A stretch of 64,000 nucleotides of DNA from Anthoceros angustus (Eukaryota > Plantae > Anthocerotophyta), in NCBI GenBank assembly GCA_010909165.1, contig MU008179.1, positions 310,001 to 374,000 of the forward strand. Reading direction: 5' to 3'. A model generated the notes under the pieces. That model worked only from the letters and a program-made list of their open reading frames with translations, was not told where the DNA came from and did no database searches. Each line of letters begins with the position of its first letter. Position 1 is the first letter of the stretch. The position numbers and the translations under genes are program-made. This document shows positions 12,350-24,605 of the stretch, one piece after another.

Positions 12350-15300
12350 TGGCGGCGGCGATGGAGGACGAAGGGCCAGGCGGACGAGTCGGGAGGGCGC
12401 GGATAGCGTAGGCAATAAGTGGTAGCATCCTAGGAAGGAAAATTATGAAGGATGCCCCACTGGACCTGAGATCGCTTAGAATTGTGGGTGCGTCCCTTTA
12501 GTCTTTTTTAGGATCTAGAAACTGGGAAAGCAGGCGGCCGATGTATAAGAGGGCAACTTTGCCCACCACAACAGATAACTCCGGTTGAGATCCCCACGCC
12601 TGTGGATGGTTGGAGACGTCCGATAGCGAGGTGGTGTGCGAGGCAGCTCACAGGAGTGGTCGAGAGCTTGCTCCAACGGGAGGGAAGGAGGTGATGGAGC
12701 AATTTCGACAACGGAGGAGGAAGCCAAGGGATCGGCCGGGCGGTCTGGAGCTTGCTCGTGCGCTGTGCGACGCCCGTTTCTTCCTCCTTCACCTTTAAAC
12801 CGAAAGTTGTGTTCAAATCGGGGAGTGTGTGAGTGCATGGTTGGTAGCCTGGGCGAATTGAGGGAGGGAGAGAGAGAGAAGAGATCGGGTGAAGGAGAGA
12901 TCAAATCATGCAGCGATGCGAGGTGTGAGATCGTAAGTGGGAAGAGTAAGTGAGCGAATTGGAGCGTTAGCGATGGAGGTGTGTGTGTGAATTGAGGAAC
13001 TCAAACCGGTCTTGGCGTGGAAAGTGCACAAGGAAAACAAAGTCTCTAGTAGAAACCGTGTGGGGTGGCGCCTGTGTGTGTGTGTGTGTGTGAGCGTGGT
13101 ATCCTAGGACCTTTGGTCTCTAGGAATTGGTGGGTGCATGAAGTGTGGAGTGCCAAATAAAGTCCGATCTGTGAGCACTGGTAGCTGCCCGTGCTAGGGG
13201 TCCGCGGCGCCGTGCGCCAGAGATGAGTTGCTAGGGTTTGGTGTGGGACCCACCTCGGTAGTCGTAGCAACTACCCGGTTGTGGAATGAGATTTGCGGTC
13301 GTGAAATGGGATTTGCGGTCGTTGGACAAGTCGGAAGGTAGTAGTAGTTGAGTAGATAGGTAAGAGGAGTGATAGCAGGTGAGCCCTGACTTAGGCAAAG
13401 GTCAGTAGTGATAGAAGTTAGCGTCTCTTGGCACAAACCATTCCCTTGGGAGCGAATCCTAGGCCTACAACGACATTGAGGGTGAATGTGGACCTCACGG
13501 TGTCCCCAGACACAAGGTTACACTCCACGATTCACGGACGAAGAGCCACCCCTCCGCCCAGTTACTTGACGGTGAGAGGCATGAGGTCATTCTTCCAAGC
13601 AACTCGGCGATCTTCGCATGCTCTCGCCTTTCAGACACCCGGCCCTCGGCGTTGTCTTTGTGATCACTGCACCCTCCCGTCGGCGGACTTGAGGGGAAAC
13701 GCCGGCTAAGGAGCAACAGTGAGCCTCACACCAAAGTGGCGGGACGGCAGGAGGCGGGAAGATGGGACCCAAGAAGGCGGAGGTTTGGGAGCCATGGAGC
13801 TTGGTGGAACAACATCGTCACCAAGCTACTCCCGGACACCGCCCGGCCACCACACGGCCGCTGAGCCGGCGGACTCGTCGGGGACCGAAGCGGAAGGCAG
13901 TGCCACCATGAGACACCGAGATGGCGCCGTGTGCCTTGCCAACGGAGTGGCAAGAAGGCGAGGCGGGCGATGGAGGACGGGGGCCAAAGTGTCGGGAGGC
14001 GCGATAGCGAGCAAGTGGTAGCATCCTAGGAATGAGGATGCCCCATCGACCTAGATCGCTTAGAATTGTGGGTGCGCCCTTTAGCTTTTTTAGGATCTAG
14101 AAACTGGGAAACGGCCGATGTATAAGAGGGGCAACTTTGCCCACCACAACAGATAACTCCCGGTTGAGATCCCCACGCCTGTGGATGGTTGGAGACGTCC
14201 GATTGACAGAGGTGGTGTGTGTGCGACGCCCCGGAGGGTGGTCGAGCTGTTCGCAACGGGAAGGAAGGAGGTGATGGGGCAATTTGCTGACAACGGAGGA
14301 GGAAGCCAAGGGATCGGCGCGGGGCGGGTCTGGAGCTTGCTCGTAACGCCTGTGGCGACGCCCACGGTTTCTTCCCTCCTTCACCTTTAAACCTGAAAGT
14401 TGTGTTCCGAAATCAGGAGTTGTGTGAGTGCATGGTTGGTAGCCTGTGGGCGAATTGAGGGAGGGGGAGAGAGAGAGAAGAGATCGGGTGAAGGAGAGAT
14501 CAAATACTGTACGCGATGCGAGGTGTGAGATCGTAAGTGGGAAGAGTAAGTGAGCGAATTGGAGCGTTAGCAGTGGAGAATTGTGTGTGAATTGAGGAAC
14601 TCAAACCGGTGCTGGCAGTGGAAAGTGCACAAGGAAAACAAGTCTCTAGTAGAAACCGTGTGGGGGTGGCGCCCTTCTGTGTGTGTGTGTGTGTAAGGAG
14701 TAAGCGCGTGGTAACCTAGGACCTTTGGTCTCTAGGAATTGGTGGGTGCATGAAGTGTGGAGTGCCAAATAAAGTCCGATCTGTGAGCACCGTAGCCTGC
14801 GTTAGTCCGCGCGGCGCGAGATGAGTTGCTAGGGTTTGGTGGGACCCACCTCGGTAGTCGTAGCAACTACCCGGTTGTGGAATGAGATTTGCGGTCGTGA
14901 AATGGGATTTGCGGTCGTTGGACAAGTCGGAAGGTAGTAGTAGTTGAGTAGATAGGTAAGAGGAGTGATGAGCCCGACTTAGGCAAAAGGTCGGTGGTGA
15001 TAGAAGTTAGCGTCTCTTGGCACAAACCATTCCCTTGGGAGCGAATCCTAGGCCTACAACGACATTGAGGGTGAATGTGGACCTCACGGTGTCCCTGCAC
15101 AAGGTTACACTCCACGATTCACGGACGAAGAGCCACCCCTCCGCTGATTTTTACTCCGACGGTGAGAGGCATGAGGTCATTCTTCCAAGCAACTGCAGCG
15201 ATCTTCGCATGCTCTCGCCAGACACCCGGCCCTCGGCGTTGTCTTTGTGATCACTGCACCCTCCGCCGGACCCCGCGAGGAAGCAACCGACGCTGCTGCC

Positions 15301-15570
15301 AAGGAACGGACAATTGCGAGCCTCACACCCAAAGATGGACAGCCAGGAGCGGGAAGATGGGACCCAAGAAGGCGGAGGTTTGGGAGCCATGGAGCTTGGT
15401 GGAACGCAACATCGCCACCAAGCGCCACTCGGCGACTGCCCGCCACCACGACGGTAGCGAGCCCCGGACTGACTGCTGGGGACCGAAGAGGCGGAAGACG
15501 GAAGCACCCGCCAACGCAGCACCCGGACGGGCGCCTGTGTTCTTGCCCCGCCAACGGAGTGGCAAGAAGT
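12350..15570. repeat. Tandem duplication of a ~1.6 kb TE-derived unit, each copy with a (TG)n microsatellite
   Basis: gatggaggac...ggtagcatcctagga...gatcgcttagaattgtgggtgcg occurs at ~12360-12495 and ~13970-14075. (TG)n at ~13074 and ~14677. Numerous indels between copies. Confidence 0.87.
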
Positions 15571-17031
15571 CGAGGAGGTGACGAAGGGCTGAGGGACGCC
15601 GCCCATGAGCGGGAGGCCATCAAGCAGCCCCACCTGAGCCGGGTCCTGCCTCCGACCGGGAGAAAAGGGTCAGCCTCTCGAACCCCTCACCCTCCGAGCC
15701 CTGTGAGAAAGAGGCGGATAAAGAATGGCCAAGAGGGCCAAAGGTGAGGCTGACCAAGACTGTGGACCTCCTGATTAGGTCCGAGAGCCACCGACTCACC
15801 GGCCGGGAGGTCCTTGACGGATCGAGATGCCCGCCCACGACGGACTTGGGGCCTCACTGGCGCCTGTGGAAGAGACACGGCGGATCCTGCCACCGCCATG
15901 GACGGGCTCGGGACTCACGGACGGCCGAGAAAACCTGTGGAGGTGGAGGCAACAAGGAGGCGATGGTGCCCTCCGTGAGCAGATGGAGGCGCCCAGAGGC
16001 AAGAAGGCGGAAGTCCTCGGCCGCATCGAGGAAGGGAACGGCGAGGCGGAGCGCGAGGTCCGAGCGATTGAAGACGACTAAGGTCCTCCAAATTGTGTGA
16101 GCACCGAGGTGCGCAGGAGGCCCAAGCACGGGTCAAGATCTCGCAGACGGGGAGGCAGGAGGCGGAGAGGCTCGCGACCGGCCGAGGCGCCCGGCCGCCC
16201 AACATCGTACTAGCGAGGCTCACCGGCAAGGCAGCGAAGCGAAGCCGCCGGGCGGTCGACGGATCACTATCGACGTGATCGGAACCGTGGAGGGAGACGC
16301 CGGGTAGCCGCTGCCAACTCAAGGCGGCAACAAAGCGGCAAGAGAGCAAGCACGGCCGAGCCGTGAGGAGGAGCTGGAGGTCGCACCCGGAAATAGGGGA
16401 CCCTGTGGTGCAGTGCAGGAGGTAGAGGGGCGGCGTGAGCCGGAGGACAAGAAGGATACCTTGAGCCGCAACTCCAAGACGACGGAAAGCAGGGGTTCTC
16501 AACGAGAGAATCCAAGACTTCGAGGAGATAGAGCGCCTCCGCTGAAGACGGAGGAGAAGACGTCCAAGGAGTTTGACGCCGCGAGGCCGCAGCAGAGGTG
16601 GAGGAAGCCGAGTCTGACGGGATACCGCCCGCCCGAGAAGGAAGTGGCGGACCGGAAAGGATAACGAGGGAAGAAAGCCGGAGGAGAAGGGCCCGTCCGC
16701 ACGGAAGGAGGGGGGAACTCACCATGGCCAAAGAAATCTGAGCCGGAACGACGACGGGAGGAGGAGAACCGAGGCAGCAGCCAAGGCCGCAGGAGGTGTC
16801 GAGGCCGCTTTGGTGGCATCAAGGGAGTCCGCCCCGCACTTGGTAAGCCCGGCAACGGAGACGGGCCAAGAAGTGGGCAACATGCCCACCGCCGAGCACC
16901 TCATGGAGGGAATACCGGTGCCCGGCCCATGTGGAGGAGGCACCAACAAGTCGATTCCGACTTTGCCTACTACCACGCAGAGCTCCTCAAGGCTCTGGAG
17001 GTCTGCGCCACTCAGGTGTGAGCGGACTTAA
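15357..17031 (+). pseudogene. GC-rich frameshifted ORF remnant inside the TE cluster
   Basis: Begins MGPKKAEVWEPWSLV (also present at ~13762). Overlapping short Arg/Glu-rich ORFs follow. No recognisable domain. Confidence 0.25.
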
Positions 17032-17303
17032 GGGCTCAAGGAGGAGCGAGGGAGGAAGGACCCGGGACACCACGGGACCCTAGGAGCTGCTTGATGACAA
17101 CAAAGAAGAAGGCGAGGGAGAGCATGGGAGCCGGACGGAGGAAGGGACACGCACGAGGTAAGCACTGCACTCCGCACGGAAGGAAGGGAGGAGGGCCCCT
17201 GGGAGGCCGTGGAAGGGGCAACCGGCACCTCGGGAACCAAGGGAGGCTCGGATGAGCCCGTGATCAGCCCGTGAGGAGGCAACCAGAGCTGTGGTCCTGA
17301 CTT

Positions 17304-18461
17304 TGTCCCGACTCGAGGAAAGGCCGAACTCAAGTCCGCCCTCAAGGAAGTCCGGACTTAGAGGTCCAGATTTAGTGACGAGACCGACCCCCGAGGTCCG
17401 GACCTGTGGGAAGGGTTGCCTGTAAGACCTGACCAGAGGCAAGTCCGGCCCCGAGGTCCGAACTCCAGAAAGAAGGCCGGACACAGAGGACCGGACCCAG
17501 AGGGAAGGCCGGACCTAGAGGTCCGGACTCCGGAGTCGAGACGGGGTCCTGAGGTCCACTCTGTGGAGTGGGGAGAGCCACCGATCACTGCCCCCAAGAG
17601 ATCCATCTCTTGAGGGCAGCCAGGGCCCGCCAGAGAGATAAGAGAGGAGGGGGAGGAGGACTTAGTGGTGACTGCTGTCGCCGCCACGAAGCGCAGCCCC
17701 TGCACTGAGAGGTAGGGGTCCCGCCTCGCGGATCATCCGATTGGGTGCGCCAGCAGTGGCTCGGCTGCCGAAGAAAGGGGCTATCCCACACCACCGACGG
17801 GCGGAGATAGGAGGAATAGGGAGAATAGTAGGCGTCGATTAGGGCACCGAGGCCCTCACTAATAGAGGTGTAATAAAGGCGCCGACCTTCGCGTAGTATA
17901 AGAGGGCCGAGGCCGCCCGAGTAAAGCATCTTTCTCTTGGTGTTGATGCCGCTGCCTTGGTGCTCTGGGTGCCTTCTTGTTAACGCGAGTCCCGAGTCAT
18001 CGAAAGGTGGCCGACCCGAGAGACCGATCAAGGTCTTAGTGAGACCTTAACGTGTGGTGGTGTGCGTGGAAGCCTAGGACCCTTGCTCGCCCAGCAGGCC
18101 TGCGTTGGACGGACCGAACGTGTGAGCCGACCGGGAGGCGTCTGAGCCGGAGAGGCCCGGCGAGCTATGGAGGAGGTCCGGACCGCATAGCCACCCAATG
18201 CTTCCCAAGGACGATGAGTGTAGTGAGCAGGGTGAGAGGAACGGACTAGATGGATGAGTGACGAACTTGAACGACACGGACGCGAACGGGTCCTTAAACG
18301 TTTGGCCGCACCGCCCGCTTATGAACGCTATGGTAGTTAGGTGTGAAACGATAAATAGGCGTGTTGAGACTGAACGGACACTAAGTAAGGTGAGGAACGA
18401 TTGAAACGTGGCAAACGGAGCCAGTCATTCTCTTGGGAGCGGACTCCTTACTACAACGACA
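17304..18461 (+). mobile_element. LTR-like module, diverged inverted relative of 8172-9230
   Basis: Contains gtccggac repeats (17349-17530), taataaaggcgcc...gtagtataagagggcc (TATA), tccttaaacgtttggcc and cattctcttgggagcg...caacgaca. All match the reverse complement of the 8.2-9.2 kb module. Confidence 0.5.
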
Positions 18462-18489
18462 CGGACAGGCGCCTGGCCAAAAGTCACGC

Positions 18490-18722
18490 ACGGAGTCCGG
18501 ACCGGGTCCGTCCTTCTTCCGAGTCCGGACCCTGGTCCGTCCTCCTTCCGGGTCCGGACCTGGGTCCGTCCTCTTCCGGTCCGGACCTCGGTCCGTCTCT
18601 TCCGAGTCCTGACCTGGGTCCGTCTCTTCCGAGTCCGGACCGGGTCCGTCCTCTTCCGGGTCCGGACCTGGTCCGTCCTTCTTCCGGAGTCCGGACCTCG
18701 GGGTCCGTCCTCTCGATCCCGG
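18490..18722 (+). repeat. Degenerate array of the same gagtccggacc...gtccgtcctcttcc repeat family as 9018-9222
   Basis: About 8 copies of 22-33 bp, e.g. cttccggagtccggacctcggggtccgtcctct at ~18680. Confidence 0.85.
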
Positions 18723-18859
18723 ACGTCGAGTCTGTGGCATTTCAAGGGTCTGCCTTCCCTCAGACCTCCCTCGCCCCCTATACGGATCCTCGCCTCCTGA
18801 CTTCGCCTCGTGGTCTGGGCCTCGGCTCTCTCCTTCTCCCGACGTTGGGTGCGACGGAC

Positions 18860-19895
18860 TTACCTCTGGCCTTGTTGTTTCCGCCACATCCCTCTCCTCC
18901 GGTTGCTCCCTCCTCCGCTTCCTGCCTCGAATAGGGGCTCCAGGGGTCCCTGTGGTCGTGCTATCTGCTCGCCCCTCCGGACCTCCTCCTCTGGCGGACC
19001 TTTGATTTGAGCCGCGTGGTGTGCTGCCTTCACCGCCTTCAAGAGCTCCGCGTGATAGTATGCGAAGTTGGAGTCAACCTGCTGGATGGCCTCCTCCACA
19101 TGGGTGCGAAGCACTCGATATTCTCGCCTCAGGTTTTCAGCACCGGGCGTTCACAGTTGCTGTTGTCTTTGTTCATCGCGAGGTCATCCAGCCGAGTCCC
19201 TTGAGGCCACTAAGGCGGCCTCCGCCACTTCCTGGAGCCGTTGGCGCTCCCTAGCGCGGTCCTCCTCTTGTTACTCGGCCAATCGCCATCGACCGAGTCC
19301 CCTTCCGCTTTCTCAAAGTGACCAAAGAACTCGCTCTTCCTTTAGAGCCCTCTCTTGCCCTGCCATCTTCTCCTTGAGGGCTGCCATATCTTGTTCCAGG
19401 CGTCCTGGCAACTCCGCTCGGCGCCTGGTGTCCTCTAACTCCTTCTCCAACTCGATGACGCTGCCTTCGCTTTTCGTCCCTCCTCCTCCACCCTCAAGCA
19501 AAGCTGGAGACGTTCTATCTCGCGCTCATGATCTCCTATTCTCCCTTGAAGGAGTCCATTCCTCTCTTCCACTACTCGAAGTCCAGCTCTAGAGTCTCCT
19601 TCTGGCCCTCCAACTCCTGGCGTCGTTCTTCCAAGTCCTGCAGCTGTACCCGAAGGTCCCCCAGCTCCCTGGTATTGGCCTCCATCTCCTCCTCATGGAT
19701 CACCCGTGCTTGCTTTCATGCTGCCCGCCTCAGGGCTTCTGGTGGCCCCGCCCCTCCACCGATTCCTATCCCGACGGTAGTGGTCCCTATCCGTCTTGGC
19801 AGAGGCCTCCGCCTCTCGTGCCCCCTTCAGCTAACCTTCCCATGCCTGGCTCTGCTCCTGTCGGGCAGTTTCGGCCAAGTCTTTGGCCTTCTCCG
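18860..19895 (-). pseudogene. Decayed coiled-coil ORF, probably transposon-derived
   Basis: Fragments IELEKELEDTRRRAELPGRLEQDMAALKEK and VLRTHVEEAIQQVDSNFAYYHAELLKAVK are separated by stops and frameshifts. Confidence 0.35.
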
Positions 19896-19948
19896 CCTAA
19901 CAAATCACCGAGTGAGAGTTCATTATCTCACTCGGTGATTTGTTAGGC
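19895..19948. repeat. Perfect 23-bp inverted repeat with 8-nt loop
   Basis: gcctaacaaatcaccgagtgaga-gttcatta-tctcactcggtgatttgttaggc. Confidence 0.92.
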
Positions 19949-21465
19949 AAAAGCACGAGCTTAGGCATGAGGAAGTTAACCAAGTGGGGGTGCATTGAGA
20001 GAAGTGCATTCCAAGGATATTAAACATGTGATAAAGAATGAAATTTCCTGGTTGTAAGTGCCCCTTGGCACTCTGAAACTGTATTTGGGAGTTTGAGCCT
20101 TCTGGAGTATAAGAAGGACATTCAGACTGAATTTTATGGGGGGCGAATAGTACTGGAGCAAGTTTGGGGGAAAAGCTACCTTCCTCTTCCAAGTATTGCG
20201 TGCTGCAATGTCTTTTTTCTGCTTTGCTGTCTTGATGGTTTCAAGTAGTGAGTTTAGAGCATCTCATGCCTCACCCCTCATCCTTTTTCCGGAGGGGTCG
20301 CTAGTTTGGATTTGTTGCTGCAGCAGGCTTGCATGCTATGTGTGTATCCAGCACAGCAGCCAGCATGGCTCACTGACATGCTTCCGCTAGTGGCCCACTA
20401 TGTACAATTTGGCTGATCTTGTCTCTATTCCCTCTCTATACAACGGGCTACCTTGCATATCCTCTTTTGTGATGTCTTGGTGTGGAGTTTGCAAAGACTT
20501 TAGGATTATTGTTGTCTGTGCCTTGTTGATAAGCCAGCAATCCCCCAACATCTGTACAAGCCCCAGCCCCTGTAAGAGTTGCTGCCTAGCCACGTGTTAT
20601 CAAACATTAGGATGCCTCAAACTCGCAAGTCAGTCACCAAGCAGCGAGGACAAACACCTGCCATAACTGACTATCCTCCTTGTTCTTTCTATGTAGAGTG
20701 ACATAGAAAGATGCTAGTTTCCCTTTTCCCCAAACATGCTGATGGAAGCTGCCTCTGCAGGATACTGATTTTCTTTCTAATCTAACCAAGCACAAGGCTC
20801 GTTTACCAGATTCTAACCATTTTTATGCATCTTATTACAGGTTTTCCCGGGTTGTAATTTTAGTACTTATCCAAGATATTTTATCCTTGTGTTCTAGTTT
20901 TCACTCTAGTGCTTTATTTTCTACTCTAATACTTCGATTTTTATCCTAGTGTCATGTTTTCTATCCTAATTTTATATTTTTAATACAATAATATATTTTT
21001 ACCTTTAATGATATGTTTTTTATCTTTCTAATATTTTATATATTATCCATTATAAAATTAAAAATAATTTTTTCTTTCTATACTTTACCCTTCTGGTTCA
21101 GTTAAAAAGGGGGTCAAGGCTGCGACCCTCCCCGACGAGGCCGCGATGTTACATAGCAAGATTGTGGATTTTATTAAAACGGCATGTGCTGAAGTATGTG
21201 ATACCGCATTTGAGCATTCAGATTTAGCTTTTGAGATAGCCTACATTATAGAGCAAACTCAACAGAAGCCGAGACAATTAGTGGCACGGGCAGACAAAGA
21301 ACCTCAACGGAAACAAGTGTTGGAAACTTTTATTGAGAATGAGGGAACGAACAGACTAAAACGATATGTTGGTTTGGAGGAAGTTGTGTGTAAGAAGAAA
21401 AAGACGGTGAGGTGGAACATAGGCAATTTATAAAGGGTGGATTGAATGATGAGGTGAAATAGGCT

Positions 21466-21640
21466 TCTGGTTTTAGAAGCTGACCAATCCATTTTTGTAG
21501 GGTGCTGAGAGGAGATAGCAGATAGCACTCAATTTTGATCGGGTCCATTACGCTTTTCGTTTTAGAAGCTCACAATCCACTCTTATGGTTTTAGAAGGTG
21601 AGAATCCACTGGTTTAGAAGGTGAGAATCCACTGTTTTCG
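21466..21640 (+). repeat. Four irregularly spaced ~22-bp repeats (gttttagaagStSaSaatcca), subterminal-repeat-like
   Basis: Copies at ~21468, 21559, 21589 and 21613. Confidence 0.7.
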
Positions 21641-22418
21641 TGTGCTCAGACGAGACGCTTTGGTCTGATGTGAGGTAGAAATCCACTTTTCTATGTTGAG
21701 ATGAGATTGACATAGAACTCAGTTTTGTAACCGGAGGTCGTGCATAAGTCTCAATTTTGGTACATCATCCGGAGGTGGAGCAACATCAATGAAGTTTGAA
21801 CATGGTCTATGACCTAACTGAACTTGTTCGTATCCTCTCAACGATATAAATTTGCTCCTTAAAATTCAAGAGTAAAGTTGGTCCCAGCAATTGTGTCCCA
21901 CAAGCCTATGAAGGCAATATCCAATGCACACATCCTGCAGAGTGGGGACAATTTCGGTTGAGGTAGAGAGCCATTCTCTGAAGTGCAGCTCTGTGAGGTT
22001 TTACCATGTCTCTGATGTAGTGCAGCTCACTACGTACTTGACTCCTGCATGCACACACCGAAAGCAGCATCCAATGCATGCATCCTGCTAACTAGTGAGA
22101 CAATTTTGGTTAAGCTACACAGCCGTCTCATCCATGAAGAACTCAAGCGAACTTCGTACCTTCAAACATTCCCGAGAATTCAACTCGCTTTTTGAATGTG
22201 TTCAACTTGTGAAGTGGCATGCTGTGATAGTTTCTTTGTGCGGAGACCCCATTTGGCTGATGCCCTGCAGGTGACTCCTTGATTCCTGCACGAATACAGC
22301 AGGTCATTTGGCCTCTCATATGAAGGAGGAGTCAGGGAAGCTTTTGTTGATTGGTGTGATGAGAATTTTATACCAGATCCTTGCATCTTGAAATTGGGTC
22401 CACACTCCTACCGTCAAG

Positions 22419-22646
22419 TGCAGCAAATTAGGCATCCTGTCTCCGCATCTGCACTGGGCAGCAGATTAGGCGTCCTGTCTCCGCATCTGCACCGGGCAGC
22501 AGATCAAGCGTCCTGTCTCCGCATCTGCACCGGGCAGCAGATCAGGCGTCCTGTCTCCGCATCTACATCGGGCAGCAGATTAGACATCCTGTCTCCGCAT
22601 TTGCACCGGGCAGCAGATTAGGCGTCTTGTCTCCGCATCTGCACCG
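22419..22646 (+). repeat. 38-bp minisatellite, about 6 copies
   Basis: tcctgtctccgcatctgcaccgggcagcagattaggcg; unit starts at 22435, 22473, 22511, 22549, 22587 and 22625. Confidence 0.95.
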
Positions 22647-23401
22647 CTTTCTTTTTGGATCGCTTCACCCGCGATGAGAAGTGCATAGCTTTGAAAACCT
22701 GGTTTGAAACCTGGACTTGAAACCGACGGGTTTGGAAACCTTTCATCTTGGGTATGGAAAGCCGGGTATGGAAATGCAAGTACAGAGAACGGGTGCAAAA
22801 ACTCGAGTATGCGATGAGAACCACAAACTGATGTTGCTATGTCGTGTATGTCGATATGAAGCCAGGGTACATTGGGTTGCACGTCCGCACGGGTCTTACC
22901 GTATTTGCCTTAATGGCCATCGGGTATCCATGGGAAAGCCGTAGCATCACACCAGCGGGCGAGACTCCAAAGTAAGACCATCATTATACAGCTCCGACAC
23001 TTAGAAAAATAGATTTTTGAGGTGAAAGAAACCCGACAGGACCTCACTAACATCTATGAGACTGGACGAGCCTGCGAAGAGTGGGACGGTGGGTTGAAAG
23101 GCTAACTTGCAAGAATGACCTACGATACGATTTTATTCTGAATTATGGTCTCGCTCAGTGAACTCATGTACATATGTACAATACGGGGTGTAGGAGTCGA
23201 AGGTGAAGAACGAGCTGCCTTGTGGAATTGAACAAATGCGTAACACAATTTGATATCGGGGCGGAGAAGCGACACGTGGACAGCCCAATCCGATAGCGTC
23301 GCCTCCTTTCCTGTCAATAACCAAGCCTACGGCTGAAGCTCTGTCTCTGCGCGCCTTCTCCCGCTCTCGTGATCGAGTTGGAGAGATTTCGTATTGTAGC
23401 A

Positions 23402-24184
23402 ATGGCGGCCGTTCTGCCGTTGGGGTCTTTGAGAATCAGCGCGGGAGTGGAAGCTCCCAGGAGCCTGGCAGCGGGCAGGCCGGGGGCCGAGAGGTCACGA
23501 GCCTGCGGGCTGGCGGGCGTGGAGAGGGCTAGTCTCACCATTTACGCGGGGGAGGGCAGCAGGCAGACCAATGGCATCAGGGTGGCCCAGGTGCTGGACA
23601 TTGTGCGCAAGGCAGTGGACAGGTCGTGGTCTGCAAGGGAGGCCCTGAAGGAGATGTGTGCGGACATGGCGGACACCCGCGCCTTCCGCAACGCCTCCGC
23701 CGTGGCCATGAACGTGCTGCTGGCCATGCCGGCCCTGGCGGAGGAGGAGAAGGGCAAGATCTTTGACTTCAACCTCACGCTGCCGATCATCGCGGTGCAG
23801 TTCTTGCTGCTCATGGTGGCCCTGGACACCATCTGGTTCAAGCCCGTGGCCAAGGTGATGGACGAGCGCGACTCGGCCATCCGGGAGAAGTTGCTGGGAG
23901 TGCGGGACAACTCCGGGGAGATCAAGCGGCTCACGGACGAGGCGCAGGCCGTGATCAAGGCCGCTAGGGTGGAGACCACGCTGGCTCTCAACAAGACCAA
24001 GCGTGAAACCGCGGCGGAGCTGGAGGCCAAACTCAGTGAAACCCGGGCCAGGATCGAAAAGGAGTTGGCCATAGCCTTGGCTAATTTGACGGAGCAGAAG
24101 GAGGACACGCTCAAGTCTTTGGATAAGCAGGTTACGGCTTTGAGTGACGAGATTTTGCAAAAGGTGGTTCCCTTCAAGCTTTAG
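23402..24184 (+). CDS. ATPG: Chloroplast ATP synthase subunit b' (CF0-II) precursor, intronless
   Basis: Transit-like N-terminus, then AxPALAEEEKGKIFDFNLTLPIIAVQFLLLMVALDTIWFKPVAKVMDERD, followed by a coiled coil ending SDEILQKVVPFKL. First ATG at 23402. Confidence 0.95.
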   Translation: MAAVLPLGSLRISAGVEAPRSLAAGRPGAERSRACGLAGVERASLTIYAGEGSRQTNGIRVAQVLDIVRKAVDRSWSAREALKEMCADMADTRAFRNASAVAMNVLLAMPALAEEEKGKIFDFNLTLPIIAVQFLLLMVALDTIWFKPVAKVMDERDSAIREKLLGVRDNSGEIKRLTDEAQAVIKAARVETTLALNKTKRETAAELEAKLSETRARIEKELAIALANLTEQKEDTLKSLDKQVTALSDEILQKVVPFKL

Positions 24185-24605
24185 GTGGCGGACCATTTCT
24201 GAGTGCACCGAGACTCCTGCGCACGGGACCTTCACTTGTCTGTCTTCTCTTTGTCCGCACCCGGACCTGTTTCCTCGATTAGGAATAGGAAGGCTCACAA
24301 GTAAAAACAAAGAGGCCGAGTTGGATGCCTTTCCCAAATGTGCATCTACTTTGCCTGGCCCCTGTATTTTACGTGAATGCTACATATTGTGTTGTTCACC
24401 CCTCATTCTGATTCAAGGCTACCCAACCTGGCTACATTGTAGGGACTGAGCTGAGTCTGCAGGTTTATCGATTCGCCATCCTGCTAGGAGAAGTGTTGTA
24501 TGCAATCAAGAGACTCCATCTTGCCGAGGGCATACTAGGAAGTCCAATGGATGAAACTGTACATGTGTGAAAGATCTCGAGCATGTAATAATGTACTAAA
24601 CCGAT

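Noticed and set aside
21146-21433. 95-aa ORF in AT-rich repeat DNA
   Set aside because: No motif and no supporting exons; probably TE debris.
21466-21640. GTTTTAGA-starting repeats reminiscent of a type II CRISPR repeat
   Set aside because: Irregular spacing, no uniform spacers, no cas genes, eukaryotic context.
22419-22646. Hairpin-containing 38-bp repeats as a CRISPR array
   Set aside because: Head-to-tail with no unique spacers; it is a minisatellite.
23495-24337. Long minus-strand ORFs (280 and 211 aa)
   Set aside because: Antisense shadows of GC3-rich ATPG.
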